From the NCBI GenBank assembly GCA_050950765.1, contig JBMNIF010000002.1, positions 1,088,001 through 1,152,000 of the forward strand: a DNA stretch of 64,000 nucleotides, read 5' to 3'. Positions 53,923 to 63,906 of the stretch are shown piece after piece (position 1 is the stretch's first letter; the number at the start of each line of letters is the position of its first letter). The translations under genes and the position numbers were made by a program. This stretch comes from Bdellovibrionota bacterium (GTDB lineage: Bacteria > Bdellovibrionota_C > UBA2361 > JAAYZI01). The notes below the pieces were generated by a model. The model ran no database searches, was not told the DNA's origin, and saw only the letters and a list, made by a program, of their open reading frames with translations.

Positions 53923-56900
53923 ATGATAATAAGATTTTTAGCAGTTCTCTTCATCTTCTTTCTTTTTCCTCTATCTGTCGTAGCTGAAACGGTGCACTCC
54001 GTCGCTACACTCTATTCAGGTGAGGGCACCGTGCAGGTGTTACGTTCAGGAGAAACCACTTGGAAAGATGTTAATTCTGAGGAGGAGTTTAATATCGGGG
54101 ATGCTATTCGTGTTGGAAAACACGGACGTGCTGCCGTTAAGTTTGCAGATGGCACCTTAGTACGCATAAGTAAAAACGCCACAGTAATTTTTGAAGGGGT
54201 AAAGGCTGAAAATGTTAAGATGGTTCTTAATATGAAGAATGGGTTGCTACACCTATTTAGTAGAGAGAACCGTGAACATCCGCAGGTAAAAACACCTGTT
54301 ATGACAGCTGCTATTCACGGTACTGAGTTTGTGATTGAGGCAGCCGAAGATCTTACGACAACAACTGTGATCGCTGGTGCTGTTGAGGGGAGTAATGAGT
54401 GGGGTAACGTACTAGCACGGGGATCTGAACAGATTACAGCGAAGGTGGGAGAGGCTCCGCGCAAGGCTTTAGTAGTTGATCCCTATCAGTCAGCACAATG
54501 GACTTTTTATTATCCGGCACTTTTAGATCTTGCGGATTATGCAGATTTTGAAAGTGGGGCTTCTAATGAAGAGAAAGAAGCGTGGCGAGATTTAAAGGCG
54601 GGAGATAATAGACGTGCTCTTAATTTGCGTGGGGAAGCGTGGCGTTCTCGCATGGCTCGTTCCGTAGCAGCTCTACAAAATAAAGATACGGATACGGCGT
54701 TCGCTGAAGTAGAAATAGATCGTGCCGATGATGGTGCAAGTTATCTCCTATATAAAAGCTCATTACACCTCTCTTTCGGAGAAGTGCAAGAAGCGGAAAA
54801 AAATATGGATCTAGCTCTTCAGAGGATCCCTTATTCAGCAAAAAATTTACAACCCGCCCTTAAGTCTGCTTTATATGCGCAGCGCGCGGTGCTTGCCTTA
54901 ACGAATAATAAGATTGAAGAGGCAAAAAATATAGTGGAGCTTGGAGAGAGAGAAGATCCTGCAACGTCTGCCATTCTGCTCGCTAAATCTTACGTTAAGC
55001 AAGGTGAGTTTGATTTAGAAAAAGCACGTGAGGCGGCTGAAGAGCTCCTTTCTGAAACTCCGCACTGTGTGGAAGCTAATCTCCGTTTAGCAGAGCTGGA
55101 ACTCGGTTTTGATAATCGAAATAAGGCGGAAGATTATGTTAAAGCAGCACTACAAAGAGATCCTAAAAATGCACAGGCTTATGCCATTGCTGGTTTTATC
55201 GCGCTACAAAAAAATGAAGTTGATAGAGCGATGGAATCTTTTCAAAAAGCTTTAAAAATTGAGGCAGCATTACCTCTGGCGCAGCTCGGATCTGGTTTGG
55301 CTTTGATACATCAAGGAGATTTAGAGAGAGGTAGGGCAGCCATTGAGAAAGCAGTACACCTTTCTCCAAACGTTTCATTGTACCGGAGCTATCTTGGAAA
55401 AGCTTTCTTTGAAGATGGTAAAGAAGACTTAGCAGAAGATGAGTTTAATAGAGCTATCGAGTTAGATCCTGATGATCCAACACCGTATCTGTATAGAGCT
55501 TTTAATAACCTCTCTACAAATAGAGTGGTGGAGGCGTTAAAAGATGTTGAAACATCAATAGCCAAGAATGATAATCGTGCTATCTTCAGGTCAGAGCTTT
55601 TGCTCGATAGAGATGAAGCCACACGCACGGCAAATCTTGCTGAAATATTTAACGAGTTAGGCTTCTCTCAAGCAGCTCGAGTTGAAGCGATAAAGGCGAT
55701 AAATACGGATTATACAAATTATTCTGCACATCGCCTGTTAGCTAATAGTTATGATTCGATCTTGTTAAGTAAATCTGCTTTCTCCGAAGATAGGATCTCC
55801 ACACTCTTATCTCCACTTAGTTTTAATGTCTTTAATAATACGGCAGCGGAGAGCTCATTAAATGAATACACCTCTCTTTTTGATAAGAATGAGCATAGAA
55901 CTGGTTTAAATCTGACGGGGATGACGTACAGCGACACCCTTTCCGGCGAACTATTCCAAACAGGTCGTGTTGATGATCTAGGATATCTGATAAAAGGGGG
56001 GAGCTCGGCAGAACACGGTAGTAAAGATGGAAACTATTTACGTGACGACCGCCTTAGAGTGGCGCTTCAACATCAGATTAACCCTGATAATAGGGTCTTA
56101 CTCGATGGCTCGTATAGCCATATTTCGGAGCGATCTAATGCGACGGAGGTTTTTCCGACAACTAATTCCTATGATGGCGGAGATGTTACGTTCGGCTATC
56201 ACGGACGCTTAGATAGTAACAGCCATTTATTGGCACAAGTCTCATATTTTAAAGACAACGATAGGTTTCACGATCTGGATCTGCGAGATGTTTTAGTCGG
56301 ATTTTCTTCCAGTCTCGATAGAGCAGTGTTATTAGATGATGAGATGTTGCTGGATATGCGTTATCATGATGAGATTGACCAAGCGCAGGCAGGGCTGCAA
56401 CACGTCTTTGATTCAAAGTATCTCTCAACGATTGTCGGGTACGAGTATATCTATACGGATGTAAATCGTTCTGAGGATAGCTCGATTCTTTATGATGAGC
56501 CACTTAATGTCTTTACTAATTTAGCTGAAAAGTATCGTAGTGAGGGTGATTATGGGATGCACTCCAATAACGTTTATGCTTATACGATTGCACACCTTGA
56601 TAAATGGGCTGATATAACTTTTGGCTTTGGTTATACTGCTCTTGATTTTGAAAAAACTACCGTTCCGACCTATCTAAATGATACTTACAGCACCAATAAA
56701 CCTAACTGGAAGGCTGGCTTAACTCTTTATCCAACCTCTGAATTAACGTTGCGTAGCGCCTATTTTAAAGGGGTGGCAAGCTCTGCTGTTGAGAACTTAA
56801 GAACCTTAGAGCCCACTTTAGTTGGTGGTATTAATCAGTTTTATAGTGATTTACCAGGTACCGAAGCTGAAAATATAGGAGTCGGAGTGGATTATAAGAT

Positions 56901-57459
56901 CCCAGGTAGTACCTATTTAGGTGGTGAGTATGTTCACCGCAATTTAGATACTGATTTTGCCATAGGTACCTCAATGTATGATTTTGATTTTGATGGTGGA
57001 AGTCGCGTTCGTGATATCTTGATTGAAGATTTTAGAGAGTTGCGCGATCAAGATTTAGCTAGCGCTTATTTCTATCAAGTTTTATCAAAGCAACTAACAG
57101 GGACTCTTGATTATATGTACTCAAGAGAGCACTTAAATGTTGATTTTTCTCAGGAGTTGCAACGTCATACAGCAGCTCTCGGTCTAAAATATTTCGCAAC
57201 AAATAATATCTTCACCTATGCGCGTGGTGTTTGGCGGCAGCAAGATAGGATGGGGTCTTTTTACTTTGATGATGGCACCTCCGATTTCTGGACAGTTGAT
57301 CTCGGTATCGGTTATCGAATTCCTGATCGACACGGTCTGATTAAGTTGGAGCTACTTAATCTTGCCGATAAAAAGTTTGATCTAGATCAATCTTTAGGCT
57401 TCTATGAGTTTATCCCAGAAGGGATCGGTGGACGCATAGTAGCATCATTTAATTTCTAG
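53923..57459 (+). CDS. FecR-domain / TPR / outer-membrane beta-barrel receptor
   Basis: Signal peptide; GDAIRVG..GRAAV.FADG..., TP...AAIHGTEF (FecR-like); TPRs (SYLGKAFF, AIELDPDDPTPYLY); barrel-like C-half ending in F. Confidence 0.85.
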   Translation: MIIRFLAVLFIFFLFPLSVVAETVHSVATLYSGEGTVQVLRSGETTWKDVNSEEEFNIGDAIRVGKHGRAAVKFADGTLVRISKNATVIFEGVKAENVKMVLNMKNGLLHLFSRENREHPQVKTPVMTAAIHGTEFVIEAAEDLTTTTVIAGAVEGSNEWGNVLARGSEQITAKVGEAPRKALVVDPYQSAQWTFYYPALLDLADYADFESGASNEEKEAWRDLKAGDNRRALNLRGEAWRSRMARSVAALQNKDTDTAFAEVEIDRADDGASYLLYKSSLHLSFGEVQEAEKNMDLALQRIPYSAKNLQPALKSALYAQRAVLALTNNKIEEAKNIVELGEREDPATSAILLAKSYVKQGEFDLEKAREAAEELLSETPHCVEANLRLAELELGFDNRNKAEDYVKAALQRDPKNAQAYAIAGFIALQKNEVDRAMESFQKALKIEAALPLAQLGSGLALIHQGDLERGRAAIEKAVHLSPNVSLYRSYLGKAFFEDGKEDLAEDEFNRAIELDPDDPTPYLYRAFNNLSTNRVVEALKDVETSIAKNDNRAIFRSELLLDRDEATRTANLAEIFNELGFSQAARVEAIKAINTDYTNYSAHRLLANSYDSILLSKSAFSEDRISTLLSPLSFNVFNNTAAESSLNEYTSLFDKNEHRTGLNLTGMTYSDTLSGELFQTGRVDDLGYLIKGGSSAEHGSKDGNYLRDDRLRVALQHQINPDNRVLLDGSYSHISERSNATEVFPTTNSYDGGDVTFGYHGRLDSNSHLLAQVSYFKDNDRFHDLDLRDVLVGFSSSLDRAVLLDDEMLLDMRYHDEIDQAQAGLQHVFDSKYLSTIVGYEYIYTDVNRSEDSSILYDEPLNVFTNLAEKYRSEGDYGMHSNNVYAYTIAHLDKWADITFGFGYTALDFEKTTVPTYLNDTYSTNKPNWKAGLTLYPTSELTLRSAYFKGVASSAVENLRTLEPTLVGGINQFYSDLPGTEAENIGVGVDYKIPGSTYLGGEYVHRNLDTDFAIGTSMYDFDFDGGSRVRDILIEDFRELRDQDLASAYFYQVLSKQLTGTLDYMYSREHLNVDFSQELQRHTAALGLKYFATNNIFTYARGVWRQQDRMGSFYFDDGTSDFWTVDLGIGYRIPDRHGLIKLELLNLADKKFDLDQSLGFYEFIPEGIGGRIVASFNF

Positions 57460-57471
57460 TCCTAAAAAACG

Positions 57472-57512
57472 ATAGAAGGGAACCGAGAAAGTTTTATAAG
57501 GTTCCCTTCTAT
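57472..57512 (+). terminator. Hairpin after the receptor gene
   Basis: ATAGAAGGGAACC-N15-GGTTCCCTTCTAT. Confidence 0.7.
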
Positions 57513-57762
57513 TTAGGGTTGAGCTGTCCTTTAAAAAACATTGCCTAAAAAATGTGTAACTTTAAATAGAGAATTTAGGCAAGCAAAATAAAGCAGAGCT
57601 AAAAATATCCGAACTGTTACTTACTTAACATACGTAAAAAGGGGAAAGTTTGGGTTTTAGGGTTTTATACTAAAAGAAGAGCCGTTTTTTAAAGAAATTA
57701 CAGGTAAACTATCTCAGTTCTGACTTTCTAAAAACTGTGTTATCGTACCTCTCGTAAAAGAT

Positions 57763-58848
57763 ATGCCTAAAAATGAGTGGGAGATGGGAGGATCTGATAA
57801 TAATTTTGATTTTGACGGTTGGGAAGTTGATGCGGTAGCTCCACTATGGTGGAAAGTGCTACTTATTGTACTGTTGTGTTGTGGTGCTCTGTTTGTAACG
57901 TGGTTGCTTGCGTTGGTGTTTTTTGGAGTGCAGGTGCCAGCGACCTCTTATGGTGTACGCCAGATCCTAATTCCGCCTTTTCGTGGTTATACACAAACGT
58001 TAAGTCTTGGACGGCACCTTGAAGTGCCGTGGGTTATGAAGGTACATCTAGTACCGAAATCTGTGCAGTTCGTATCGTTTAAAGTTCCACTCAGAAATCT
58101 GCAAAAAAACGTGGCGGCGAAAGATCAGATCATGCCTTTGACTGATGCGGAGATAAGAGCTGCCTTCCGATTTTTTGAAGGGAGAGATGGTGCTGTCGTA
58201 AAAACACTTAAAAGTGTCGGTTATAAAAAGGAGGGGTGGGAGCGTTTTATTGAAGAGAAGCTCTCTAAAGAGTTCTTAGCTGTTACCTCTGAACAAGATC
58301 TGATAACCCTCTCTTTTTCTGATTATGTAGATGTGTTGCATAAAGTGCAGGAGTCTGCTCAAAAACGGTTTAACAGATACGGCATAGATCTTATTAGCCT
58401 TTTTTTCATTGATGCTCCCAACACTTCTAAATTAACAAAGAACCTTAAAGATCGAAGTGAACTTGAATTGAAACAACGTGAATTACGTTTATTACAGGAA
58501 CGGTTAGCTACTGAAAGCTTTAAAGGGAGGGGAAAGCTTGAAAGTTTCAGAGCGGCTGTGCAGGCTGAAAAAGAAGCGATCCTTGAAGAGGCTGAGCGTT
58601 ATAAAATTCAGAAAGAAAGTGCGGGAGATATCTTACTTGCACAAGCTATTGCTGCTGTCGAACAAGAGAGAAAAGTTATCTTGTCGGTGCTCCCTGAAGC
58701 TGAACGGTATATCGCAAAACGTATTTATGAAACACGGACACAAAAAACACCTTCCGCTTCATCTGAAAGATCTGAGAAGGGCAATGAACAGACATCACTT
58801 CCGCTTAAGGAGGATATTACAGAAGGAGCTTTGCAATGCAGAGAATAA
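57763..58848 (+). CDS. Divergent SPFH/HflK-like membrane protein
   Basis: Single TM, V.VP...YGV, G.HL..PW, F.RYGI.L, coiled coil with EAE.Y. Confidence 0.55.
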   Translation: MPKNEWEMGGSDNNFDFDGWEVDAVAPLWWKVLLIVLLCCGALFVTWLLALVFFGVQVPATSYGVRQILIPPFRGYTQTLSLGRHLEVPWVMKVHLVPKSVQFVSFKVPLRNLQKNVAAKDQIMPLTDAEIRAAFRFFEGRDGAVVKTLKSVGYKKEGWERFIEEKLSKEFLAVTSEQDLITLSFSDYVDVLHKVQESAQKRFNRYGIDLISLFFIDAPNTSKLTKNLKDRSELELKQRELRLLQERLATESFKGRGKLESFRAAVQAEKEAILEEAERYKIQKESAGDILLAQAIAAVEQERKVILSVLPEAERYIAKRIYETRTQKTPSASSERSEKGNEQTSLPLKEDITEGALQCRE

Positions 58849-59720
58849 TCGTTGTTATCTTTATACTAATGTTGAGTGCTTGCAAAACTCCGTTTAAAAC
58901 ACTTACTGCTACGGAACGCGCTGGACTCTTTTGTAAATTGCCAAGTTTTTTATGTCTTGAAAAGAGAGGTAAGGTTTTATCGACAGGACGCGTTTTTGTT
59001 TGGGCGTGGGAAGATCTAAAGGTTGTAGATGTAGCGGAAGGGTCGCTTACCCTCTTTTTTAATAACGATACGATTAGTGTAAAGCGTTCGGATCTAAACG
59101 TTCCTTTGGGTGTCGTTTCTTTAACTTATAAAGTTTCTGATACGGAAGAAGACCTTATGAACTTCATAGAAGCTTTTGATGGGGGGAAAAAAGAGCTCTT
59201 TATTACTTTTTTGGAGACTCAATTACGACATCTCTTGATAGTGAATGATCTCGGAGCTGCCTTTTCAGATGCAGCACTTCTAAAAGATCTTAACGGGGTG
59301 ATGTTACAAACATTACAGGAAGGTTTTAAACGTTTCGGGGTAGAGATTAGATCATTAAAACTTGAAGAGTATTATGACAGCGCTGCGCTAGCGAAAGATC
59401 GGGAAGCGCTTAAAGAGGTGAACTCTAAAATTATGCAGTTAAAAGTTGAATTAGCAAGAGTTGAAAATGGTGCGGAAGATGATCTTGAGATTGAAAAGAT
59501 CGCTTCAGAGCGAGAGCTTGAAGAGGCGAGACGTACAGCACAAACGATTAAAGCTGCCGCTGCACGTTATTATAAGTTTAAAGCAGATCGATCTGAAGTT
59601 ATTCGGGAGTCTGGGAAATTAAAAAATCAAGCGTTGCAAGAGATAGTGAGTCTTTTAGCAGCGTCAGAGGGAGAGGCGTTGTTACAACTTGAAACAGAAG
59701 AGAGGAAGCATGAAAGATGA
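58836..59720 (+). CDS. Divergent SPFH/HflK-HflC-like protein, possible lipoprotein
   Basis: LSA-C, ERAG, F.RFGVEI.SL.L, C-terminal coiled coil; overlaps the upstream gene. Confidence 0.5.
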   Translation: MQRIIVVIFILMLSACKTPFKTLTATERAGLFCKLPSFLCLEKRGKVLSTGRVFVWAWEDLKVVDVAEGSLTLFFNNDTISVKRSDLNVPLGVVSLTYKVSDTEEDLMNFIEAFDGGKKELFITFLETQLRHLLIVNDLGAAFSDAALLKDLNGVMLQTLQEGFKRFGVEIRSLKLEEYYDSAALAKDREALKEVNSKIMQLKVELARVENGAEDDLEIEKIASERELEEARRTAQTIKAAAARYYKFKADRSEVIRESGKLKNQALQEIVSLLAASEGEALLQLETEERKHER

Positions 59721-59991
59721 GAAAAAAGCTAAGATCAGATCAGAGATAGATCGCATAGATCGGGCGTTGTTGCAACTACTCGCTGTAAGGCGTGAATGGA
59801 GTAGAGAGATGGGGGTATTGAAAAAAAAGTTAGGGCTTCCGATTAGGGATCTTTTACGTGAAAAATCTATAATGGAGGAGATAACACTTCTTGGCAGAGA
59901 GCATGGGCTTGATGAGGAGTTCTTGCACCGAATTTTTCGTGTTATTATCGATGATTCTGTGCAACTTCAAATAGATATTTTTAAGGAATAG
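59710..59991 (+). CDS. Chorismate mutase (AroQ type)
   Basis: IRSEIDRIDR.LL.LL..R, K...GLPI.D..RE, IF..II..S. Confidence 0.9.
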   Translation: MKDEKKAKIRSEIDRIDRALLQLLAVRREWSREMGVLKKKLGLPIRDLLREKSIMEEITLLGREHGLDEEFLHRIFRVIIDDSVQLQIDIFKE

Positions 59992-59993
59992 CT

Positions 59994-61085
59994 ATGGAAG
60001 TTTTAAAGGTAAATCTTGCAGCAGATGTAGCTAAAGAGTATCCGATCTTTATCGGTAACGAGATTTTAGAAGAAGCTTTACAAGAGCTGCCCCTTGCAAG
60101 TTATACAAAAATTGCAATTGTTCAAGATGAAAATATTAAACGGTCGTTACTGCCGTTATTGCAAAAACTTTCTCCAGAAAAAGAATTATTGCAGATCACT
60201 ATCCCAAGTGGTGAAGGTGCTAAGTCTATTCAAACAGCAGAGGTGATTTGGCGTAAGTTACTTGATGCGGCTTTTGATCGTCATGCCTTAGTTATTAATT
60301 ACGGCGGTGGCATGACGTGTGATAGTGGGGGCTTTGCAGCGAGTTGTTATATGCGAGGGATCGATTTTTTACATATCCCGACGACACTTTTAGCAGATGT
60401 TGATGCGGCTATCGGAGGTAAGGTTGGACTTAATTTCGGAGAGGTAAAAAATATTATAGGTGCATTTCAGCAGCCGCAAGGTGTTATTATCGATGTGGCG
60501 GAGTTGCGTTCTTTACCGAAAAGAGAGTTTTTATCTGGATTCGCTGAGATCATTAAACACGGTTTAATTAGGGACAAGACGTATTTTGAAACTCTTTGTA
60601 GAGAAAATTATGCAGAAAATACAGATCTTTTGAGACTTGTGCCTGTAATAAAACGTTCCTGCGAGATAAAAGCGGAGGTTGTGGCGGCAGATGAAAAAGA
60701 GGGCGGCTTGCGTAAAATTTTAAACTTCGGGCATACCTTTGGGCACGCCGTAGAGATGGAATCTTATTTTGCAAAGTCTCCCTTATTACACGGAGAAGCG
60801 GTTTCTATCGGGATGAGTTTTGCGGCAGAACTATCAGTGATAACGCAGAGCTTCCCAAGATCTGATCAAGCCCGACTTAATACCCTCCTTCAAGGATATC
60901 ACCTGCCCCTTAAGATCCCGTTTAAAACTACCCCCGAACGTTTGTTGGATATTATGAGGGGAGATAAGAAATCTTCAGGTGGAGAGTTGCATTGGACACT
61001 TTTACGCCAAGTGGGGGAGTGTGTTTATGATGTGGAGGTTGATGAAACGTTATTGCGGCAAGTCATTACGCACTTTATGGCATAA
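59994..61085 (+). CDS. aroB: 3-dehydroquinate synthase
   Basis: GE..KS, GGG, RGI, PTTLLA.VDAAIGGK, LNFGHTFGHA.E, HGEAV. Confidence 0.97.
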   Translation: MEVLKVNLAADVAKEYPIFIGNEILEEALQELPLASYTKIAIVQDENIKRSLLPLLQKLSPEKELLQITIPSGEGAKSIQTAEVIWRKLLDAAFDRHALVINYGGGMTCDSGGFAASCYMRGIDFLHIPTTLLADVDAAIGGKVGLNFGEVKNIIGAFQQPQGVIIDVAELRSLPKREFLSGFAEIIKHGLIRDKTYFETLCRENYAENTDLLRLVPVIKRSCEIKAEVVAADEKEGGLRKILNFGHTFGHAVEMESYFAKSPLLHGEAVSIGMSFAAELSVITQSFPRSDQARLNTLLQGYHLPLKIPFKTTPERLLDIMRGDKKSSGGELHWTLLRQVGECVYDVEVDETLLRQVITHFMA

Positions 61086-61101
61086 CATAGCTAAGTTTTT
61101 T

Positions 61102-62412
61102 ATGATGAAAGAGATCGTTCAATTATATCCGCCTAGAAAAGGTATTAACGGAGTAATCTCTCTTGCAGGTTCAAAGAGTATTACTAATAGAGCTTTGATC
61201 ATGGCAGCTCTTGCTACGGGAACCACACACCTAAGACACGCTTCTTGTAGTGAAGATACCGTAGTTTTACTTGAAGCGTTAAAGGCATTAGGAGTTAAGT
61301 GCGAATTAAAGAGCGAGGAGTGCTTAATTACTGTGGAGGGGTGTGGTGGAGTATTTGTTAATCTTAAAAAAGTAGACCTTCAGATCGGAGCCGCCGGAAC
61401 GGCAGCCCGTTTTTTAACAGCGTTAATTGCAGCTATTGCTGGTAGCGAGATTACTATTAGTGGTAATCAACGCATGAAGGAGCGTCCGATTGATCCGTTA
61501 GTGCAGGCGTTACGAGATCTGGGAGCAGAGATCGTCTATCAGGAGAGAGAGGGGAGTTTGCCGCTCTTGGTACGTGGTAAGGCTTTTCAGAAGAGGCGTG
61601 TTGCCATTGATGGCAGTGTTAGTAGTCAGTATATCTCAGCTTTATTACTTATTTCACCACTTTTTTCAGATGGGTTGGAGTTGGAGATTAGAGGAGATTT
61701 AGTCTCGCGTTCTTATATCGATATGACTATCGCTGGGATGGCACAATTCGGCGTTTCTGTTGTAAATGATAACTATCGCACCTTCTCTGTTGAGCGTGGA
61801 CAAACGTATCAATCTCAAGACCTCTTTATTGAAGGTGATGCTTCAGGAGCTTCGTATTTTTGGGGGATCGCTGCTCTTAGTGGTGGTACCGTAAAAGTTT
61901 TAAATATCGATCTTAATTCTGTGCAAGGTGATGTTCATTTTGCTGAGCTACTGGGGGAGATGGGGTGTTGTGTAACACACGGTAATGATGGTCACTCTGA
62001 TTGGATTGCAGTTTCAGGCAGATCTCCTCTCTCTGCTATTACGGCTGATATGCAATTAATGCCTGATACGGCGCAGACTTTGGCGGTCATTGCTACTTGT
62101 TGCGAAGGTGTTAGTAAGATTAGCGGATTAAGCACTTTACGTGTAAAAGAGACGGATCGAATTCATGCTTTAGTGACGGAATTGCAACGTTTAGGGATTA
62201 AAGTAAAAGCTTATGATGATACATTGGAGATAAGGGGTGGAACGATAAAAGGTGCTTGTATAAAAACTTATGATGATCACCGCATGGCGTTGGCTTTTGC
62301 TATGTTGGGTGCAAAAGTTGAAGGAATTAAGATAGAAGATCCCACTGTTGTGCGGAAGTCTTTGCCGAGTTTTTGGGATGATCTGAAGTCCTTGGGAGTT
62401 GAAGTTGGATAA
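61102..62412 (+). CDS. aroA: EPSP synthase
   Basis: GSKSITNRAL, AGTAARF, RPI, SSQYISAL, LRVKETDRI, DDHRMA, KS.P.F. Confidence 0.97.
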   Translation: MMKEIVQLYPPRKGINGVISLAGSKSITNRALIMAALATGTTHLRHASCSEDTVVLLEALKALGVKCELKSEECLITVEGCGGVFVNLKKVDLQIGAAGTAARFLTALIAAIAGSEITISGNQRMKERPIDPLVQALRDLGAEIVYQEREGSLPLLVRGKAFQKRRVAIDGSVSSQYISALLLISPLFSDGLELEIRGDLVSRSYIDMTIAGMAQFGVSVVNDNYRTFSVERGQTYQSQDLFIEGDASGASYFWGIAALSGGTVKVLNIDLNSVQGDVHFAELLGEMGCCVTHGNDGHSDWIAVSGRSPLSAITADMQLMPDTAQTLAVIATCCEGVSKISGLSTLRVKETDRIHALVTELQRLGIKVKAYDDTLEIRGGTIKGACIKTYDDHRMALAFAMLGAKVEGIKIEDPTVVRKSLPSFWDDLKSLGVEVG

Positions 62413-62920
62413 GTTGGTTTTAATAGGATTTATGGGGGCAGGGAAAAGTGCTGCCGGAAGGTCTTTAGCACGTGAGTTTGCGTGGAAGTTTTTTGATACG
62501 GACACCTTAGCTTTAGTGCTTTCAGGTGAAGAGTCTATCAATGATATCTTTGATAAGTATGGAGAGCAACATTTCAGAGATTTAGAGGTGCGAGCAGGCA
62601 CAGCGTTGCAGCAGGAAACAAAAGCTATTATCTCTACGGGGGGCGGCTTTGTAATGAATACACAGGCTATGCAAGCCTTAAAATCGCCTAATACCTGCGT
62701 TTTATATATTCGAGTATCATTTGAAGAGTTGCAGATCAGGTTACGTGGTAATACGACCCGTCCCCTTTTTCGCGATGTTGATAAGGCGAGAGAGTTATAT
62801 CAGAGCAGACTTGAAACTTATCAAAATTACGCTGATCTGATAGTAGATGCTGATGGATTCACACCCTCTGAAGCTTCTGATAAGATAGTGACGGCGCTAA
62901 AAGAGGGGAAATTTATATGA
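62399..62920 (+). CDS. aroK: Shikimate kinase
   Basis: LIGFMGAGKS, DTD, GE..FR.LE, STGGG, RPL. Confidence 0.96.
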   Translation: MKLDKLVLIGFMGAGKSAAGRSLAREFAWKFFDTDTLALVLSGEESINDIFDKYGEQHFRDLEVRAGTALQQETKAIISTGGGFVMNTQAMQALKSPNTCVLYIRVSFEELQIRLRGNTTRPLFRDVDKARELYQSRLETYQNYADLIVDADGFTPSEASDKIVTALKEGKFI

Positions 62921-63100
62921 GTAATGAAACGAAATTTATCGAAGGTTATGTTAGCGCTGACTCTATTTTGAAGTTTTTTACTTCAGGGAAATTTGTATGA
63001 GTAATGAAACGAAAACTATCGGAGTTGTATTAGCGCTGACTCTATTTTGAAGTTTTTTACTTCAAGGAAATTTGTATGAATAATGGAATAAAATCTATCT
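62905..63100 (+). repeat. Triplicated aroK-end/aroE-start junction, 80- and 79-bp period
   Basis: GGAAATTT(A/G)TATGA(G/A)TAATG with ATGs at 62917, 62997 and 63076. Confidence 0.9.
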
Positions 63101-63906
63101 GCATGGTAATAGGCGATCCGGTTTCGCATAGTTTGGGACCACTTGTTCATAATGCTGCTTATAAAGCGTTGGGGATAGATGATAAGTTTGTTTATACCGC
63201 TGCACGTGTACAGCAAGGAGATCTCTCCGATGCGATGAAAGGTGTGCGAGTTTTAGGAATTCGATCTCTTAGTTGTACCTTGCCTCTAAAACACCTTGTC
63301 TTGCAATACCTTGATGAAATTGACGAAGAGGCTAAGGAGATTGGAGCAGTAAATACGGTTATTTTAGAAGATGGTAAGTTAAAAGGTTATAATACCGACA
63401 TCGATGGGGTGGTGCAGCCGTTTTTAAAGCGAACGACGTTAAGGGATAAAAAAGTTTTGGTGTTGGGAGCGGGTGGAGCGGCACGTTCAGCAGTTTTTGG
63501 ATTTTTTAAGGAAGGAGCTAAAGTTACTTTAACGAATCGTAGCTTTGAGAAGGGTGAGAAATTAGCGACAGAGATCGGTGTTGATTTTTTTGCATGGGAA
63601 GAGCGTGCAGCACGATCTCCCGAGTATGATCTAATTTTTAATGCCACCTCACTCGGCTTTGATGGCAATACCCTCTCTGCTTTGGATAAAAGCGCCTTTA
63701 GAAAAGGGCAGATCGTTTCTGATGCTGTTTATAACCCTTATCAGACACCTTTCTTACAAAATGCAGCTAGTGCTGGTGCTGAAATTATTTATGGGACAGA
63801 GATGTTTATCGAACAGGCTGCTAAGCAGATACTTTTATATGCTGGGCTTGAGCCTCCTAGGGGTGTAATGGAGCAAGCCTTAATGGAGGTGTTATGCAAA
63901 AGATAA
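63076..63906 (+). CDS. aroE: Shikimate dehydrogenase
   Basis: IGDPV.HSL.P, T.P.K, IGAVNT, GYNTD, LGAGGAAR, NATS.G, D.VY.P, M...QA. Confidence 0.96.
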   Translation: MNNGIKSICMVIGDPVSHSLGPLVHNAAYKALGIDDKFVYTAARVQQGDLSDAMKGVRVLGIRSLSCTLPLKHLVLQYLDEIDEEAKEIGAVNTVILEDGKLKGYNTDIDGVVQPFLKRTTLRDKKVLVLGAGGAARSAVFGFFKEGAKVTLTNRSFEKGEKLATEIGVDFFAWEERAARSPEYDLIFNATSLGFDGNTLSALDKSAFRKGQIVSDAVYNPYQTPFLQNAASAGAEIIYGTEMFIEQAAKQILLYAGLEPPRGVMEQALMEVLCKR

